Program-made: the position numbers and the translations under genes
The notes under the pieces: generated by a model
The model's input: only the letters and a program-made list of their open reading frames with translations
What the model was told of the DNA's origin: nothing
The model's database searches: none
In this document: positions 28,789 to 41,467 of the stretch, piece by piece
Layout: each line of letters begins with the position of its first letter
Position numbering within the stretch: position 1 is the stretch's first letter
From: Macrostomum lignano
Taxonomy: Eukaryota
Assembly (NCBI GenBank): GCA_002269645.1
Contig: NIVC01000868.1
Location: 62,001 to 126,000 of the forward strand
Length of the DNA stretch: 64,000 nt
Direction: 5' to 3'

Positions 28789-29615
28789 ATGTCTGACCTG
28801 CACCTTGCCCCCAATTCCCAGATGCTGCTGCCAGCCTGGATCCGAGCGCCCCTCGCAGCACCCCTGCTGCTGCTGAGCCTGTGTGGTCCGTGCTCGAATT
28901 ACCCTTTTAAAGACATCGCCATGCAGCAGCTGAAGACCGCCTGTGGCGCCTCTGGGGCGGGCGAGCAGCTGAAGGCTTGGGAATTCTTTGACGAGGAGCT
29001 GGCGAGAGCGCTGAGTCTGGCGATGCACAAAGGCTGGGAGTTCTCCGCGTGCATGGTGGCTACCGGCGGCAGGCAGCTGGAGCTGTTCTTCAGCAAGGAC
29101 TCGGAGTCTGCGGCAATGAGCTGCAGCTATGAAGTCTGGCCGGACTCCAAAATCGAGCTCATCTGCGCCTTTTCGCGCCTGGAGCTGTTCCCGCGGGAGC
29201 TGGCCGCTGCAGCCAGGAGCCTCCTGGATGAGAGCTGCCGGCGGAGTCTGGAGGAGCAGCAGCCGGGCGCGTCAACTGTGCTCACTCGCTGCCGAACTAC
29301 TGATGAAAATGAGCTGGAGGCAGTCAAGGAAGTCGGGGACGTTCTCCAGTGCAGCACGGCCAAGCGGTTCGTGGGCAGCTTCAGGCTCACGGCCTCGTGC
29401 GAAGCCCTGCCGGCGGTGAAGGACCTGCTATTTGGCAACAAAACCGGCAAAGGTATCGTTCTCAGAGCTTGCGGATCATTTTTACACCTCCCGTTTTGTT
29501 TCAACAAAATTGAGATGCCAAATTGAGACGTTTTACTAAGAAGTATTTTCCTCTGATGAAAGTAAACTTTGCGTTTTCAGGTGATCCGAAAGTCATGGCC
29601 AGTGAGATGATGTGA
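28789..29615 (+). CDS. Orphan two-exon protein (~232 aa) of unknown function
   Basis: Exon 28789-29452 is GC-rich and open with donor AAAG|gtatcg; the acceptor ttttcag at 29580 is phase-1 compatible and gives GDPKVMASEMM*. Possible 5' UTR exon ending at gtaagt 28671. No family recognised. Confidence 0.6.
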
Positions 29616-30084
29616 GCCTTCTCAGCGGCACAGCGGCAGCTGGGTCCACCCGGTCGGTCATCAGACTATTTATTGATTAAAAATGTAACTCAATGCAACT
29701 CAATTCTCACGATCCACAAAATAATTTCTGAAAAGTAATTATTATCCGCTTAACTGCAAATTAGCCAAATTCAGAATGGCTCTTGCAAACTTTGAACCAT
29801 CTCTATAATTAAAATACAACTGATGACCGAATGTCAGATTTGTTTTTTTCTCTTGTCTGAAGTGTAGAAGGATGTAGGAGAATGTAAAAGGATGTAGGAG
29901 AATTTAAAAGGATGTAGGAGAATGTAAAAGGATGTAGGAGAATGTAGGAGGATTCAGAAGTATGCAGGGGTATGTATTAGAATGTAAGGGGAATTATTCT
30001 TCTCTAGACAAAGTGTTTGCTGTCCTCTCTCTACTAATGGTCTTGAAGACCCAGCGACTTTGGCCTTAGGTTGCTGCCCCAATG

Positions 30085-30340
30085 CTACACCTTTTCACGT
30101 TCAATTTTGATCAAAGTCCAGTTCTAAAAAAACTAGCGGAAATTCAATTCAGACAATTCAGACAATTCAGACAGCCCTTACGGAAAATCAATAAAAACAA
30201 ATCCCAGTTCAAAACATTCTGCCATCGGAGCAAGGTTTAGCCATAGACAAAATTGTCCCCAGCCTGAATTGTCTGAAATGAATTTCCGCTAGTTTTTTTA
30301 GAACTGGACTTTGATCAAAATTCAACGTGAAAAGGCGTAG
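30085..30340. mobile_element. MITE-like element with ~75-bp terminal inverted repeats
   Basis: ctacaccttttcacgttcaattttgatcaaagtccagttct... is mirrored by ...agaactggactttgatcaaaattcaacgtgaaaaggcgtag; no clear TSD. Confidence 0.7.
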
Positions 30341-30550
30341 TAGGAACACGTTATAAGCGCATAGGTCAACAACAACAATAAAAACAACAACAACATCAAC
30401 AACAGCAACAACAACAACTGTTGATTGAGGCGGAGCAGTGGTTTATTGGGTCGCGATAAAATCTGATACATTGCTTCCACTCTGGTGCCTTAAGTTGACA
30501 TGAGATATCCATTTATCCTATATTATCCCACTGGGGTCTCGTGAGACATA

Positions 30551-30744
30551 GGGCCGTATGCAGAAAGCTCTGTCTAGGGTAGTCCGGTCTTGAAAAGCTA
30601 GTCTGGACTTGGATTTGGTATGCAGAAACACAAAGTTAGACCGGTCTACTATTGACAGAACTAGGGTAGCTAGACCATAGACCATAGACTGAACTACCCA
30701 ATTCCGGACTAGCTAGTCTGGACTAGGCTTTCTGCATACGGCCC
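30551..30744. mobile_element. PIF/Harbinger-type MITE
   Basis: 18-bp TIR gggccgtatgcagaaagc / gctttctgcatacggccc; 3-bp TSD ATA at 30548-50 and 30745-47. Confidence 0.85.
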
Positions 30745-31169
30745 ATAGAGATGGGCTTTTCGATTATTCTGCACTCATTGCCGGTCCCATTCAGGCAAAG
30801 TTGGCATTCCTATTTCCGAAGAGGCGGTCTGTATTTTTTTATCTTTGGCTATTTTACTTTATTTCTTAGGAATGTTTCCGGCTGGCATACTTAACGAATC
30901 TGTAGGACATGAGAAAATTCTCACAATTGCTACTCTACAGGAAGTTAGTCAAAGCATAGGTTAAAGTAGCAAACAGAAGTTAGCTTGGTCAGAGTTAGAA
31001 GCATAACACACTTGTACATGTAAATGTAAATAGCAACATTCAATAAAAATCGAGTGAACTGCATAAATCTTTTCTAACGAGTTCACAATCTTTAATCAGA
31101 CCTGCAAGCACTCCGGTGCTCAGGGCCTCAGGCAGAGCCGACTGATGCTTCATGTCTTCGAATTTTGCT

Positions 31170-34100
31170 TCATATTTTTCCAACAAAGCGGAGAGTCTCC
31201 TGGCGTGAAAGCTTCACCTCCTGCGAAATTTGAGGATTTTCAAAGTGAATTAAAGCAACAATAACAGTAGTTAAGGTGAAGGAAAAATTGAGAATTTAAT
31301 TTGTCTGAAAATCACCTCACCTTCTCCAACAAGAGCCTGTCGGCGTGGGCATTCAGATAGGCTGCGGATTTCAATTTCCCAGACACTTTGGAAAGCTGCT
31401 CCGAGCTGGTGCAGGACAGAGCACAGAGCAGCATCTCCTGGCCATCGGCGTCTTCGCGGTTCAAAACATCTTCCACCCACTTGTCGGCCATGACTCTGTT
31501 GGAGCTCAGCTCAAGCCGCAAAGTCTGCAGCACAGCTTCAAAGTTGACATAGTAACAGTCGTAAGCAACGTGCTCCAGATTGATGATGCAGCAGCTGGAC
31601 AATGGCTTCGGTAGGAACTTTAAAGTCGGAATCTCTTTGAACTCAAAGCAAAACTTCCAGGCCGAATCGCAAGACTTTAGATGCTTCCACACGAATTCAG
31701 GTGTGGCATCAGTGACGCGGCTCCGCTCTGGCCAGTCGATTCCTCTACTCACGCGAAACCACTCGCAGTTTGTGAGCACTTTTAAGGCAGAGTCAGACTG
31801 TTCAAACTTGAGGAAGGCCAGAGCCCTGAGGGCCTCTCGAGCTGAACGGGCGCACACGGGCAGCCTGCCAATCAGCTTCATCAGCGCTTCTTGGGATTCG
31901 GCACCGCAATCAGAGAAGCAAAGCTGGCAAATACCTTCCCGCACTACATCATAGATCTGGTGATATTCTATGCTGCCTTTGCCTGACACCGGCTTGTGGT
32001 CCAGAATCGGAAGGATAAGGAACGGGTGGAATGCAAACCTGCCCGAAGCATCAGTGGGCTGCACGTAGTTCATCAAATCATTGAGGTGTTGGTGCAAGGT
32101 TTCCAGTACGTCCTTCAGCACATTTGCGATTTCCTGCGCGTCTCTGGAGTTGGCGCCCTTCAGGTAAATGGCAGCATCGCAGAGGAAAAAGTGTTCCATG
32201 ACTTCCCCATCCTTGTTCGTCTCCCTTTTGTCCTGAATGGAGCTTTTCATCACGCTATTCAGCAGCATTTTCAGAGCGCGTCTCAGGAGCTTCACAAAGT
32301 TTTCCGGCTTCCATTCACTTTGTGCAGTTTCTTCCAGCATGCGAAAAGTGACCGTTTTCGCGTGATAAGCTTTCATGCCGTTTACCCTCGGGCAAATCAC
32401 TTTCTTAAAAAGATATTTCAGCGTGACAAACAGCTGGCCCTGTAGAGTTGTGAGACTTCGCAACAGCCTCCTTTCAAGAAATGTGGTGCTCAAACGAAGT
32501 TCCTCGCCTCGCTTTGTGGGAGAGGCGGCGTGAACTGCATGGCAGGGTGAGGTTTCGAGTTCTTTTCTCAGTGCGTCAAGAACTTGCGACCGGATGTGCG
32601 ACTTTGATGCTCGGTCCGGAAGTAGCGGTGCAATTGAAGGGTAGCAGCAGAGGCGGCATGCGGGCACGTGATCAACAGATGGTCTCAGGGCTGTTCCGTG
32701 CGAAGTTTGAGCAGGGTTTGACGCTGAAGAAAAAAGTCGGTTTACTTTCAAAACTTTATATTAAAAAATTCATAAAGAAGTAAAAACTCAATCGTCCTTA
32801 ATATCTGAAGTGATCTCTTATACTTTAAAAACCGATTTTTTTGTCGAAAATTATTACTGACGTGTTTCGTTCCCGCTTAACATTGAGTCTTGTCAATGAT
32901 GATTGGATCGAAAAAGAGCGCATGCAGACTCACACGAAAGTCAGGCGCATCATTTTGTTAAAAATAAACATGCGTGAAGTAAAACCTTACCGAAGCCCTG
33001 CACAAAAATGTGGCCATTCCGGTATTCAACCGCATCGGATATTTTAACTTCTCGGCATTGACACCAGTCTCTGAGGTGGTACAGCCTGCCCAGAATCAGC
33101 TGCATGACGTCAATATCGGACTCGATATCCGTTCTGCCGTTAAGCGTCACCAGATTGTTGCCCCAGCCTTCTGAGTAGCTCCCGACGACAAATACAATGT
33201 TAAGATTGCCGATTCGCTTCTGCAAAATCTGCTGCAGGACGTCGCCCAGCGCGCTTTGCAGCGAAGCGCGGGAGTCAACAAAGCCCGCTTGACTGAGCCT
33301 TTTGTGCAGCTGCTTACTGAGCTTATCGTCCACTGAATGCGTTTCCGAGTCACTGAATAAGGTGAACGATTGCAGCTATTTGAGAACATTACCAAGTTGC
33401 TTATGACCTTTTAAAGTGCGAAATTTTGTAAATTTAAATCTCAATTTTTAGTCACCCTTTTACTCAAAGATTCGATTTTGAGATTTTGAGATTACCCTTG
33501 AGATTGCGCTACATAAATTTAAAAAGCGCCCATGCAGTTTCTTACCGAGAACCCTCTTTGGGCTCCACTGACGTCACAGAAGGCCTCCCGCGTGTTCTAC
33601 TGGGACCCTCGGCTTCAGCTAGCAACTTTGCGATCCCCGAATGCCGATTCCGTGAGGCCATGTCAAGTGCCGACTCGCCGTTCTTTGTTAGCGTATTAAG
33701 GTCAGCGCGCACCCTGATTAGCAAGTCAACGATGCGGTAGTGGCCGTTGTTGGATGCAATGTGAAGAGGAGTTAAGCCCATATCATTTTGAACATTAAAG
33801 TCGGCTTGTGCCATAATTAGTAGTTTTACGGTGTCAAGGTGGCCATTCTGGGATGCCATGAACAGTGGCGACGAGCCGGTGGACCTTAAGAGATTAGGAT
33901 TGGCTTTCGATTTGATCAGAGACTCAACGATGCCAGTCCGACCGAGTTGAGCTGCAAAAAGCAGCGATGTCGACCCAGTGTCATTCTGAATGTCAACATC
34001 AGCCTGGGCTCTGATGAGAGCATTTGCAATTCGAAAATGGCCCATCTGCGACGCAGCCTGCAGAGGCGCAGTCCCCTTCATTGCCCGAAGGTTGACATCA

Positions 34101-35038
34101 GCTTGCTCTTTAATTAGCAAGTTAACGATACGTTCATGACCGCCTGTTGATGCGAGATATAGCGGAGACGAGCCCGTGGTTCGCTGAATGTTGAAACTTG
34201 CATTGGCATTGAGCAGAAATTTAGCCACCGTTTCGTGACCGAATTGCGACGCCAAGTGAAGTGCCGACGTTCCATCGATATCTTGAAGATCAACCGCAGC
34301 TCCCGCGTCTATCAGCAAACTCACGATTCGAGCGTGCCCTTGTTGGGCCGCAATGTGCAGCGGTGCAACACCGCGTTTTTGTTGACGATTGGCTTCAGCC
34401 TGTGCTTTGATTAGCAAGTCTGCCACATCGGCGTGACCGTTTTGAGATGCCATGTACAGAGGCGTCTCCCCACTGTCTCGCTGAATGTTCACGCGAGCTT
34501 GCGCATGAATCAGCGCTCTCACAATGCGATCGTGGTTGTTCTGCGCCGCTATGTAAATCGGCGACTCACCTATTTTGGTTTGAAGGTCCACGTCCGCCTT
34601 TGCTCTGAGAAGAAGTTCGACCACTCGGTCGAGGCCTTGCTGCGATGCAGTGTAAAGTGGCGATACTCCCTTCCATTGCTGGATGTCGACATCGGCCTGC
34701 GCTCTGATTAGTAAGGCCAGAATTCTGTCACGCCCGTTGTGTGCTGCAATGAAGACGGGCGAGCAGCCGTCACCTCGTTGAACATTGACGTCCACTTGGT
34801 TGGCGATAAACCTGCTCACTGCAGCTTCGTCTCCGATTTCACAAGCAATGTGCATTGGCGTTGTGCACCCGCCTAACACTAAAATTGGCCGACCACCGTC
34901 CGGTTCCCTGCCCAGTAGCCGGCGAAGTTCTCGAAAATTTCTTGCTAGCACTGCTTCTGCGTATTCTGCGTCCTCATCAGAGCGTAGAAATGGCTGCATC
35001 ATTACAGCGATGATAACACTCAGGAACCGCTGAAGCAT
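31170..35038 (-). CDS. Ankyrin-repeat (13x) + Mab-21/cGAS-like nucleotidyltransferase (cGLR) fusion protein, ~1102 aa, 4 coding exons
   Basis: Exons 35038-33546, 33352-32991, 32723-31321 and 31220-31170; GT-AG introns with phases 2, 1, 0; total 3309 nt. NTase motifs VVGSYSEG..SDIDVM and SVDHVPA; Mab-21 C-lobe LSTTFLERRLL..LKYL..KAYHAKTV..W..EHFFL. Confidence 0.88.
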
Positions 35039-35754
35039 TGTTTATTAGACCGAGATTTTTGTGAATCACCCGATGTTGTGAAGTTTCTGAAATGAATTGC
35101 AGCAATCCACAGTGGCACAATGATTTCATCTCAGGTCTGCTACCCTTTTTACTTGAAGTAGCATGGGTAGCTGGAGCTCATCCTATTTTTCAACTGACGC
35201 TCAATATCCCGATTTAGCAGACCTGCTCTTGGAGTTAAGTTTTTGTAGCATTGTAACTGCATCTGCTTCCAAGAATATGAGTGAGTGAGTGAGTGAGTGA
35301 GTGATTGAATTAGGAGAGAATGTAGATGACAGAGTCAGAAGAACATGCTTCGCACCCAGAAAATAGCTAAAGTACGAGCGTACTTACCCGATGCAAAGTC
35401 TGGGGCAGTATTGCTGTACCAGTGGCAGTGGCAGAGTAATTGGTCACACGGAAGTGAACAGCTCGCGCCTGACCAAGGGAAGCACCAGTTTAATTTAATG
35501 GCAGACTGGAGTTAGGAAAAACAGAAACCCCAAAAATCGCACTATGAGGCGGATAAGCGCCCAAAATGAGCACTGGAATTATTTTGCGTAAGTGAGTGCA
35601 TTCACCCTCGTAGCCGGAACGCTTGTAGACTACGTATGTAAAAAAGCAGTTGGTTTTCCTGCACCAAGGACAGGCAAGCTGAGATCGCCAATCGGCTCTC
35701 GCCCCGTCCACTCCCCCGCCTTAACGCTCACGTAGCTAAGCCATATGGGTGAAT

Positions 35755-36760
35755 CACAGAGTCAATCCTGAACCGCACTGTACACTTAGAAGTTTGTTTT
35801 TTACAGTGAGACAACCACCCCAACCTTCACTTCTCCTTCCCTATCTGGCAAATCTGTACATTGGTTTAAGGATTGACTGAATTTTAGCTGTCAAAATTTT
35901 GTTCCACGTAAATTAACTCTAAGCTTAACAAAATCCTTCATTGACTTATCCTCTGTCTGAATTTAGCAAAAGTCTCAACTCTGTAACTCAATCAGAACGG
36001 AAACTGTAGGCATGTGAAGTTTGTCTGCTTTTTCTGGTGTTTTTGCAGTTCACTCATTCCCCCAGAACAGGGGACAGAGCTAACCGGTAGTGTACACGTA
36101 AATGTAGTGTGTTTAGAATGACGAGCTTATCTGCGGCAGGCATTCTCTGCATTGCCCAATGGACAGGCTACGGGTAGGACAGGTTGGTGAGAAATTTTGG
36201 TGCTTTGAACCATGCACTGTCCTACAATCTGAACAGGCCCAACTCTGCCGTTCAACAGTGGATGAGGAAGACGGCAATCAATAAGACTTGTAAAAGCGAA
36301 AAAAATATGAAAAAGCTATCGATACAATCCTACTGACATTGACACACCAAATGGAAATTGTAACACTAAGTTTTATTTAAAGCCACTGCAGCAGCTGCTG
36401 CAGCTAGACGATTCAGATCTGCAAGGCAGAACAACGCGGCTGAAGCAGGAACATCACAGAACAGAGGAAGCAGACAACACAGCGGGGGCCAGATCGAGTG
36501 CAAGTGGGGCAGAAGGAGAGCAAACCAAGAATGAAGCCTTCGACCACAGACAAAATCAATGATTGAAGAGCATGAAAGTCCTGTTTCGACCATAGACAAT
36601 TCAATCCACGCAGCTGCCATTAACATAAATTCTCGCTTCATATTAACCTTCGATTGACACCAGCAGCTGCCGCCAACAGTTCCAATCACCGAATCCAATG
36701 GAGCTGGAGATACACAGATTCCCATCAGGGCTGCAAATTGGTCAGAAAGACCGTGTGAAG
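35755..36760. mobile_element. Truncated, diverged copy of the Helitron-like repeat at 50026-53945
   Basis: Shared blocks: aatcctgaac..cactgtacactt..agacaaccaccccaacct, ctctgtaactcaatcagaac..aaactgta..catgtgaagtttgtctgctttttc, and ggagctggagatacaca..agggctgc.aattgg.cagaaaga, compared with 50356-51140. Confidence 0.75.
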
Positions 36761-38689
36761 TCGCAATGGCCAACTTTATGTTGCATGCTCATGCGTTGGA
36801 ACTGCAGCTGGCCTCTTCATCTTTGCTCCCAGGGGAGAACGAGGAATTTGGTACATCCTACCAGGTAGCTACCAAGTTCCCCAATTTGACAATTCTTCGT
36901 ACTTTCTTCCCAGAATGGACCAGCCCCAGCACAACAAACTTGAAATAAAATAATTTTTGTTGCAAATCAATTCTGGAACAAGAATCAAGTCGCCGTGCCT
37001 CCAGACTTGGTCCAGAAGATTTTATTTCCTCATTGGTTTGTCTCGGTACCTAGCTTGTACTCTGCCTATTTTCTCTAGAATACTTAAACACTAGAATTTT
37101 CTCCTTTTACTTGGTCCTTTAGATCGACAGAAATCGCTATCGCTTTTTTATTACATTTTATTTATAAAATATCCAGTTGGATTGCTGTCCACAGGCTGTA
37201 AGTGTTTGCGTATGTACTTTGGAACTTTCTCCAAGTTTCCTACGTCCATCCCAACTGTTAACAAGTTTTTGTTTTAAGCATGACTTCAGATTTAAGAATG
37301 TCTATTTGACTCAAAATCCGCGGCCTTGATTAATGCAACTTTAAGTAGACCCGATTTACCCAATGGATTCATAAATATTTCATTAAAATAACGCACAGTT
37401 GTCAGCAACGTACCACTTTCGGAGACCCTGCCTGTACTGAGCTGATAAAACAGAGTCATCACCGGTTTGTCTTGGCTGTTGCTGCCACAAGAAAAATAAT
37501 TATAGCCAAATAGTTTCTTTTTGCTTTAGTTTCTCTCAACTCGCAGAGCAGATGAGGTGGGCTCGCTTTTCTGTCCTTGGAAAAAGGTACTTAGGTGGTT
37601 TCGGCTAGACTAGAAGCTGCACAAGTAGGCGAGGATGTCTTTTAGAGACGAAATATGAATATGCTCTTCAGTACGTTGCGTTTCGGAGACATTGGGTTGG
37701 CACTCACTCAGCTGGGCTTAAATACGAAAGAAGGTTGGGGCAGCTATTCATCTAGAGAGCATAGGCCTGGCAATGCCTGCTAGTATAAGCGAGATAATTA
37801 TGAGTATGCTCTGAGTACAGTTTCTTGGCAAGATCACTGAGACCAGAGTGGGATCTGGCACCATGGGCGCCAGCCGCGAACTGGGATCTGGAAGAAAATG
37901 GCATGCGATAGCAGATTAATTAGAAATCATACAATATAAGATCGTATACCCAACATAAGATCTATGAAGCGCACAGCAATAAAATAAAATTTAATTCAAC
38001 AAGTGTCTCTGATGGCACAAATCCCAATTCCAGGAAATTAACTGTCGTAAAGAAATCACAAGGAGACGGGGAGAAGGCGCCCGATGCACAGATGATTGTG
38101 GCCCACAGGGTCTTTCGGTAGCAGGTCGGCTACGTGGGCCCACGCCGGCGCCTGCGGTGGGCATCGGATCGGGCAATGCCATCTCGATCTCGCCTCTGTA
38201 AGTTCCGCACACGCAAGCTACAGAACTCAAGTCGGCTACCCCTGAGTCTCGTAACCAGTATGATTATTATTTAATATTGTTATAATGCCAGCTAATTATT
38301 AGAAATTCCTACTCTTCAAGAACTGTACCATATTTTCCAATGGTTGAATAAAACTCGTCAAACGAAGAAAAGGATTTTTCCTATAAGCCTACTGTGAATC
38401 GCTGCCAGGTTCTCGTTGGAACAGAAAATGACTCCTCCGACAAGGCATCCTGGAGAGGAACTTTTTAGGTACTTTCCAGGATCCCGAGTGCAGGTTGACG
38501 CGAAATAGACTGATGGGATTTCGACCATCATTCCTGACTGCAGTGCGAGTAATGACGCATCAGCTAGGCGTTATCCCGGCTGCGTTCCGAGACTGAATAC
38601 GGCCGCTTCTCGAGCACAGTCGATAGTGGGTTTCCGTCTATGTCAAGCCAGGTAACAAACAGAGGTCACGTAGAACTGACCGTTCTCAC

Positions 38690-40296
38690 GGGGGCCGTAG
38701 CCCAGCGGTCTAGCGCAGGCTCTGGGGCTCGTGCTATAGAATACTCTTAACTCCTAAATCCTTAAGAGTGTCCTAACTCCTAGCTCCTAGCTGGCTTTTC
38801 TGTGCTATAGAATCAGAGTAAATTTTAAGAGATAGGAGGCTCCTTAAGGACGTTAGGAGACTCCTGGGTGAATTTAGGAGAACTCATTAAGGTCCGTGGC
38901 ATGCTATAGAATTAGGAGAGGAAGTCTAGGAGCTAGGAGCTAGGAGTTGGCTTTTAGGAGTGATTCTAGGAGCGTGTGTCCTATAGAATGAGAAAATTTC
39001 GCTCCTAACTCTTGACTCCTAAGCCAGAGTTCAAGGGCCAATTTTCACTCTTAGACAAGCTAGGATTATAATGTTTTCGGACAGCGAATCGGATTCTGAT
39101 GAGGAAGGAGTCAATGATAGACACCGTCGACAATTTAAGACAAGAATTACTTTTTTTGAAGAAGATCCAGCCGAGAGTGCTATGCATTTTAGACTTAACG
39201 AGATCCAGCTTTCAAGCCTAACAGATAGAATTCGACACAGAATCGAACATCTTTGTACCAAACTTTTCACGGCATTCCAATATCACGTCTTGCCACATAG
39301 CAATCTTCGCATTCTTAGTTATGGTTGTACTAAACGCACCAAAGAGAACCTCTTTGCGTGCAGCGACGGCTCTCACAAAAGATATTTTTTAGCAATTTGC
39401 ATTTTCACTCCTGAGATTCAATCCTTAAGGACCGTAAAGTTAGGATTGTGATATAGCACACAATTCTCTATCATCCTTAAACGATTGCGCAACACTCCCT
39501 GAACACACCCCCACTCCTAGGCTGCACTCCTTGCAAGAACTCCTAGCTCCTAACTCCTAACTCCTGAAATCTATAGCACACAAAATTCAATCACTCCTTG
39601 TCAAGAGTACTCTTGAGTCCTAGCTCCTAACTCCTAACTCCTGAAATCTATAGCACACAAAATTCAATCACTCCTTGTCAAGAGTACTCTTGAGTCCCAG
39701 CTCCTAACTCCTAACTCCTGAAATCTATAGCACACAAAATTCAATCACTCCTTGTCAAGAGTACTCTTGAGTCCTAGCTCCTAACTCCTAACTCCTGAAA
39801 TCTATAGCACACAAAATTCAATCACTCCTTGTCAAGAGTACTCTTGAGTCCCAGCTCCTAACTCCTAACTCCTGAAATCTATAGCACACAAAATTCAATC
39901 ACTCCTTGTCAAGAGTACTCTTGAGTCCTAGCTCCTAACTCCTAACTCCTGAAATCTATAGCACGGGCCCCTGGTGTGCCAGCGACCCAGGCTCGATTCC
40001 AAGTGCAGTCACATTAATTTGGGGCTGAATTAGAATCTCGGCTTGGCTTTGCTCGTGCAATTAACGGCCTTGAGAGCCAACCCCCCAAGGCGCAGTGAAG
40101 TGTACATGCCTAACGATAATATAAAGTTAGGGCCGCTGTACACTCCTGTGTGAGTGTGTGCCTGCGTACGTATCCGCGCGCTTGTGTGCCTGCTCAGGGG
40201 AGTCGGCGGAATGGGCAGCAATGCCTCTCGCCGGTTGTGTGCCTTTGTCGTTTTAAGTGCGCCAGGATGCACACAGCCCCCCTGCCTCTAAAAAAA
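38690..40296 (+). mobile_element. tRNA-derived SINE (~360 bp), split by a Harbinger insertion
   Basis: 13-bp TSD tgaccgttctcac (38677-89 and 40297-309), A box TAGCCCAGCGG, B-box-like GGCTCGATTCC just after the insertion, and a 3' A7 tail. Confidence 0.8.
38725..39970 (+). mobile_element. Non-autonomous PIF/Harbinger element (1246 bp) with a transposase N-terminal remnant
   Basis: TIR gggctcgtgctataga / tctatagcacgggccc; 3-bp TSD CTG. ORF 39071-39451 (RRQFKTR...MHFRL) resembles Harbinger transposase N-termini but has no DDE core. 77-bp subterminal tandem repeat at 39541-39965. Confidence 0.82.
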
Positions 40297-41467
40297 TGAC
40301 CGTTCTCACAGTTTTCCCAGAGCCCGCTGCACCTGTGTAATGTGCAGCTCGATGAGCTCTGGCTGGGCGGCCCCTTGTCTGTCAGCCTCAGCTGGTGGTT
40401 GGTCTTCCTGAGGGTAGCGAAATATTATTTTTTGCAGAAGCTATTTCCTGCATAAAAGATGAAAGTTGTGCATCGCCAAATTTACTCAAACTTGAGCTAC
40501 TTAAAACTTGAAGCTACATGTACTTCTTCGTAACCAATGAGCTGATAGAATATTGCTAGATATGCAAAGACAACAGAAGACTGTAGAGGCTTACCTTTAT
40601 CGCAAGTTTTTTCTAGAAATTTTTGTCGGACAGTGGAAAGGCTTCGGCTCTCCAGCCCAAGCCCGCCATTCTCGAATGACGGGCCTTCCTATGCTTTGTT
40701 GTCAAGGAACTGGCTGGAAATGGCTTTCGGCCACTCCCTGAACTGTCGGTGGTACAAAGCGAGAACCCGAACTCCGTCGATCTGCCTATCGACAAGGTGG
40801 TCTGCGGTCTGTTCCGGCTATTCCACCCGCTTATTTTGTTAAATATGATCTATCCCATCCTTCATACTTTGCAGTATTGCAATGCAACGTGTGCAAATGC
40901 TGAATGCACACAATATTTCTAGCAACAATCTGTTCTAACTAAGTGAGTATGTACATGTTCCGCGTACTCTACCTGTGTGTGCATACATGCATGTGTAGGT
41001 AAATGAAATGTACAAAAATACAGCACCTGATTGAACATCCCTCTGCACATTACATGCCATTTTTCATACCGCTGCAATTTTGGTGGGAATAGAAAAACAT
41101 GCTCACATGCATGAGCAAACGGTCGATCCAGTTCAGTTGAATAATCAGATTTCTGTGACGATGCAGCTGATATACAGGCTCGCACACACTTGGCCACAGG
41201 GCTCCACTGATTTTCTCAGGCACATGCAGTTCTCATGGATACTAAAAATGCTGTTTTCAAATGCTTCACCCCATTTTAACCTTCAAGTTTTTATTAAAAA
41301 TTCACCAGAAGCTGACCGATTTAGGTGATTAATACAGTCAAAAATCCTCCCATCAGATAAAGGACAATGGGAGAATCAGGTGCGTTGCATGTAGCAGAAA
41401 GAAATGTATTTGACAGGGGCTACTGCGCATTGAGAAGAGGGAAAAATGATAATGTTATTGCAAGGCA

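Noticed and set aside
30368-30420. (CAA)n tract as the tail of a second RTE copy
   Set aside because: The adjacent sequence does not match the LINE 3' end at 5852-5900.
36366-36773. 135-aa hydrophobic ORF
   Set aside because: It lies within the Helitron-family repeat fragment and has no coding signature.
38690-40010. Functional tRNA gene
   Set aside because: A and B boxes are present, but the cloverleaf is incomplete, it is split by a transposon, and it has a SINE body, A tail and TSD.
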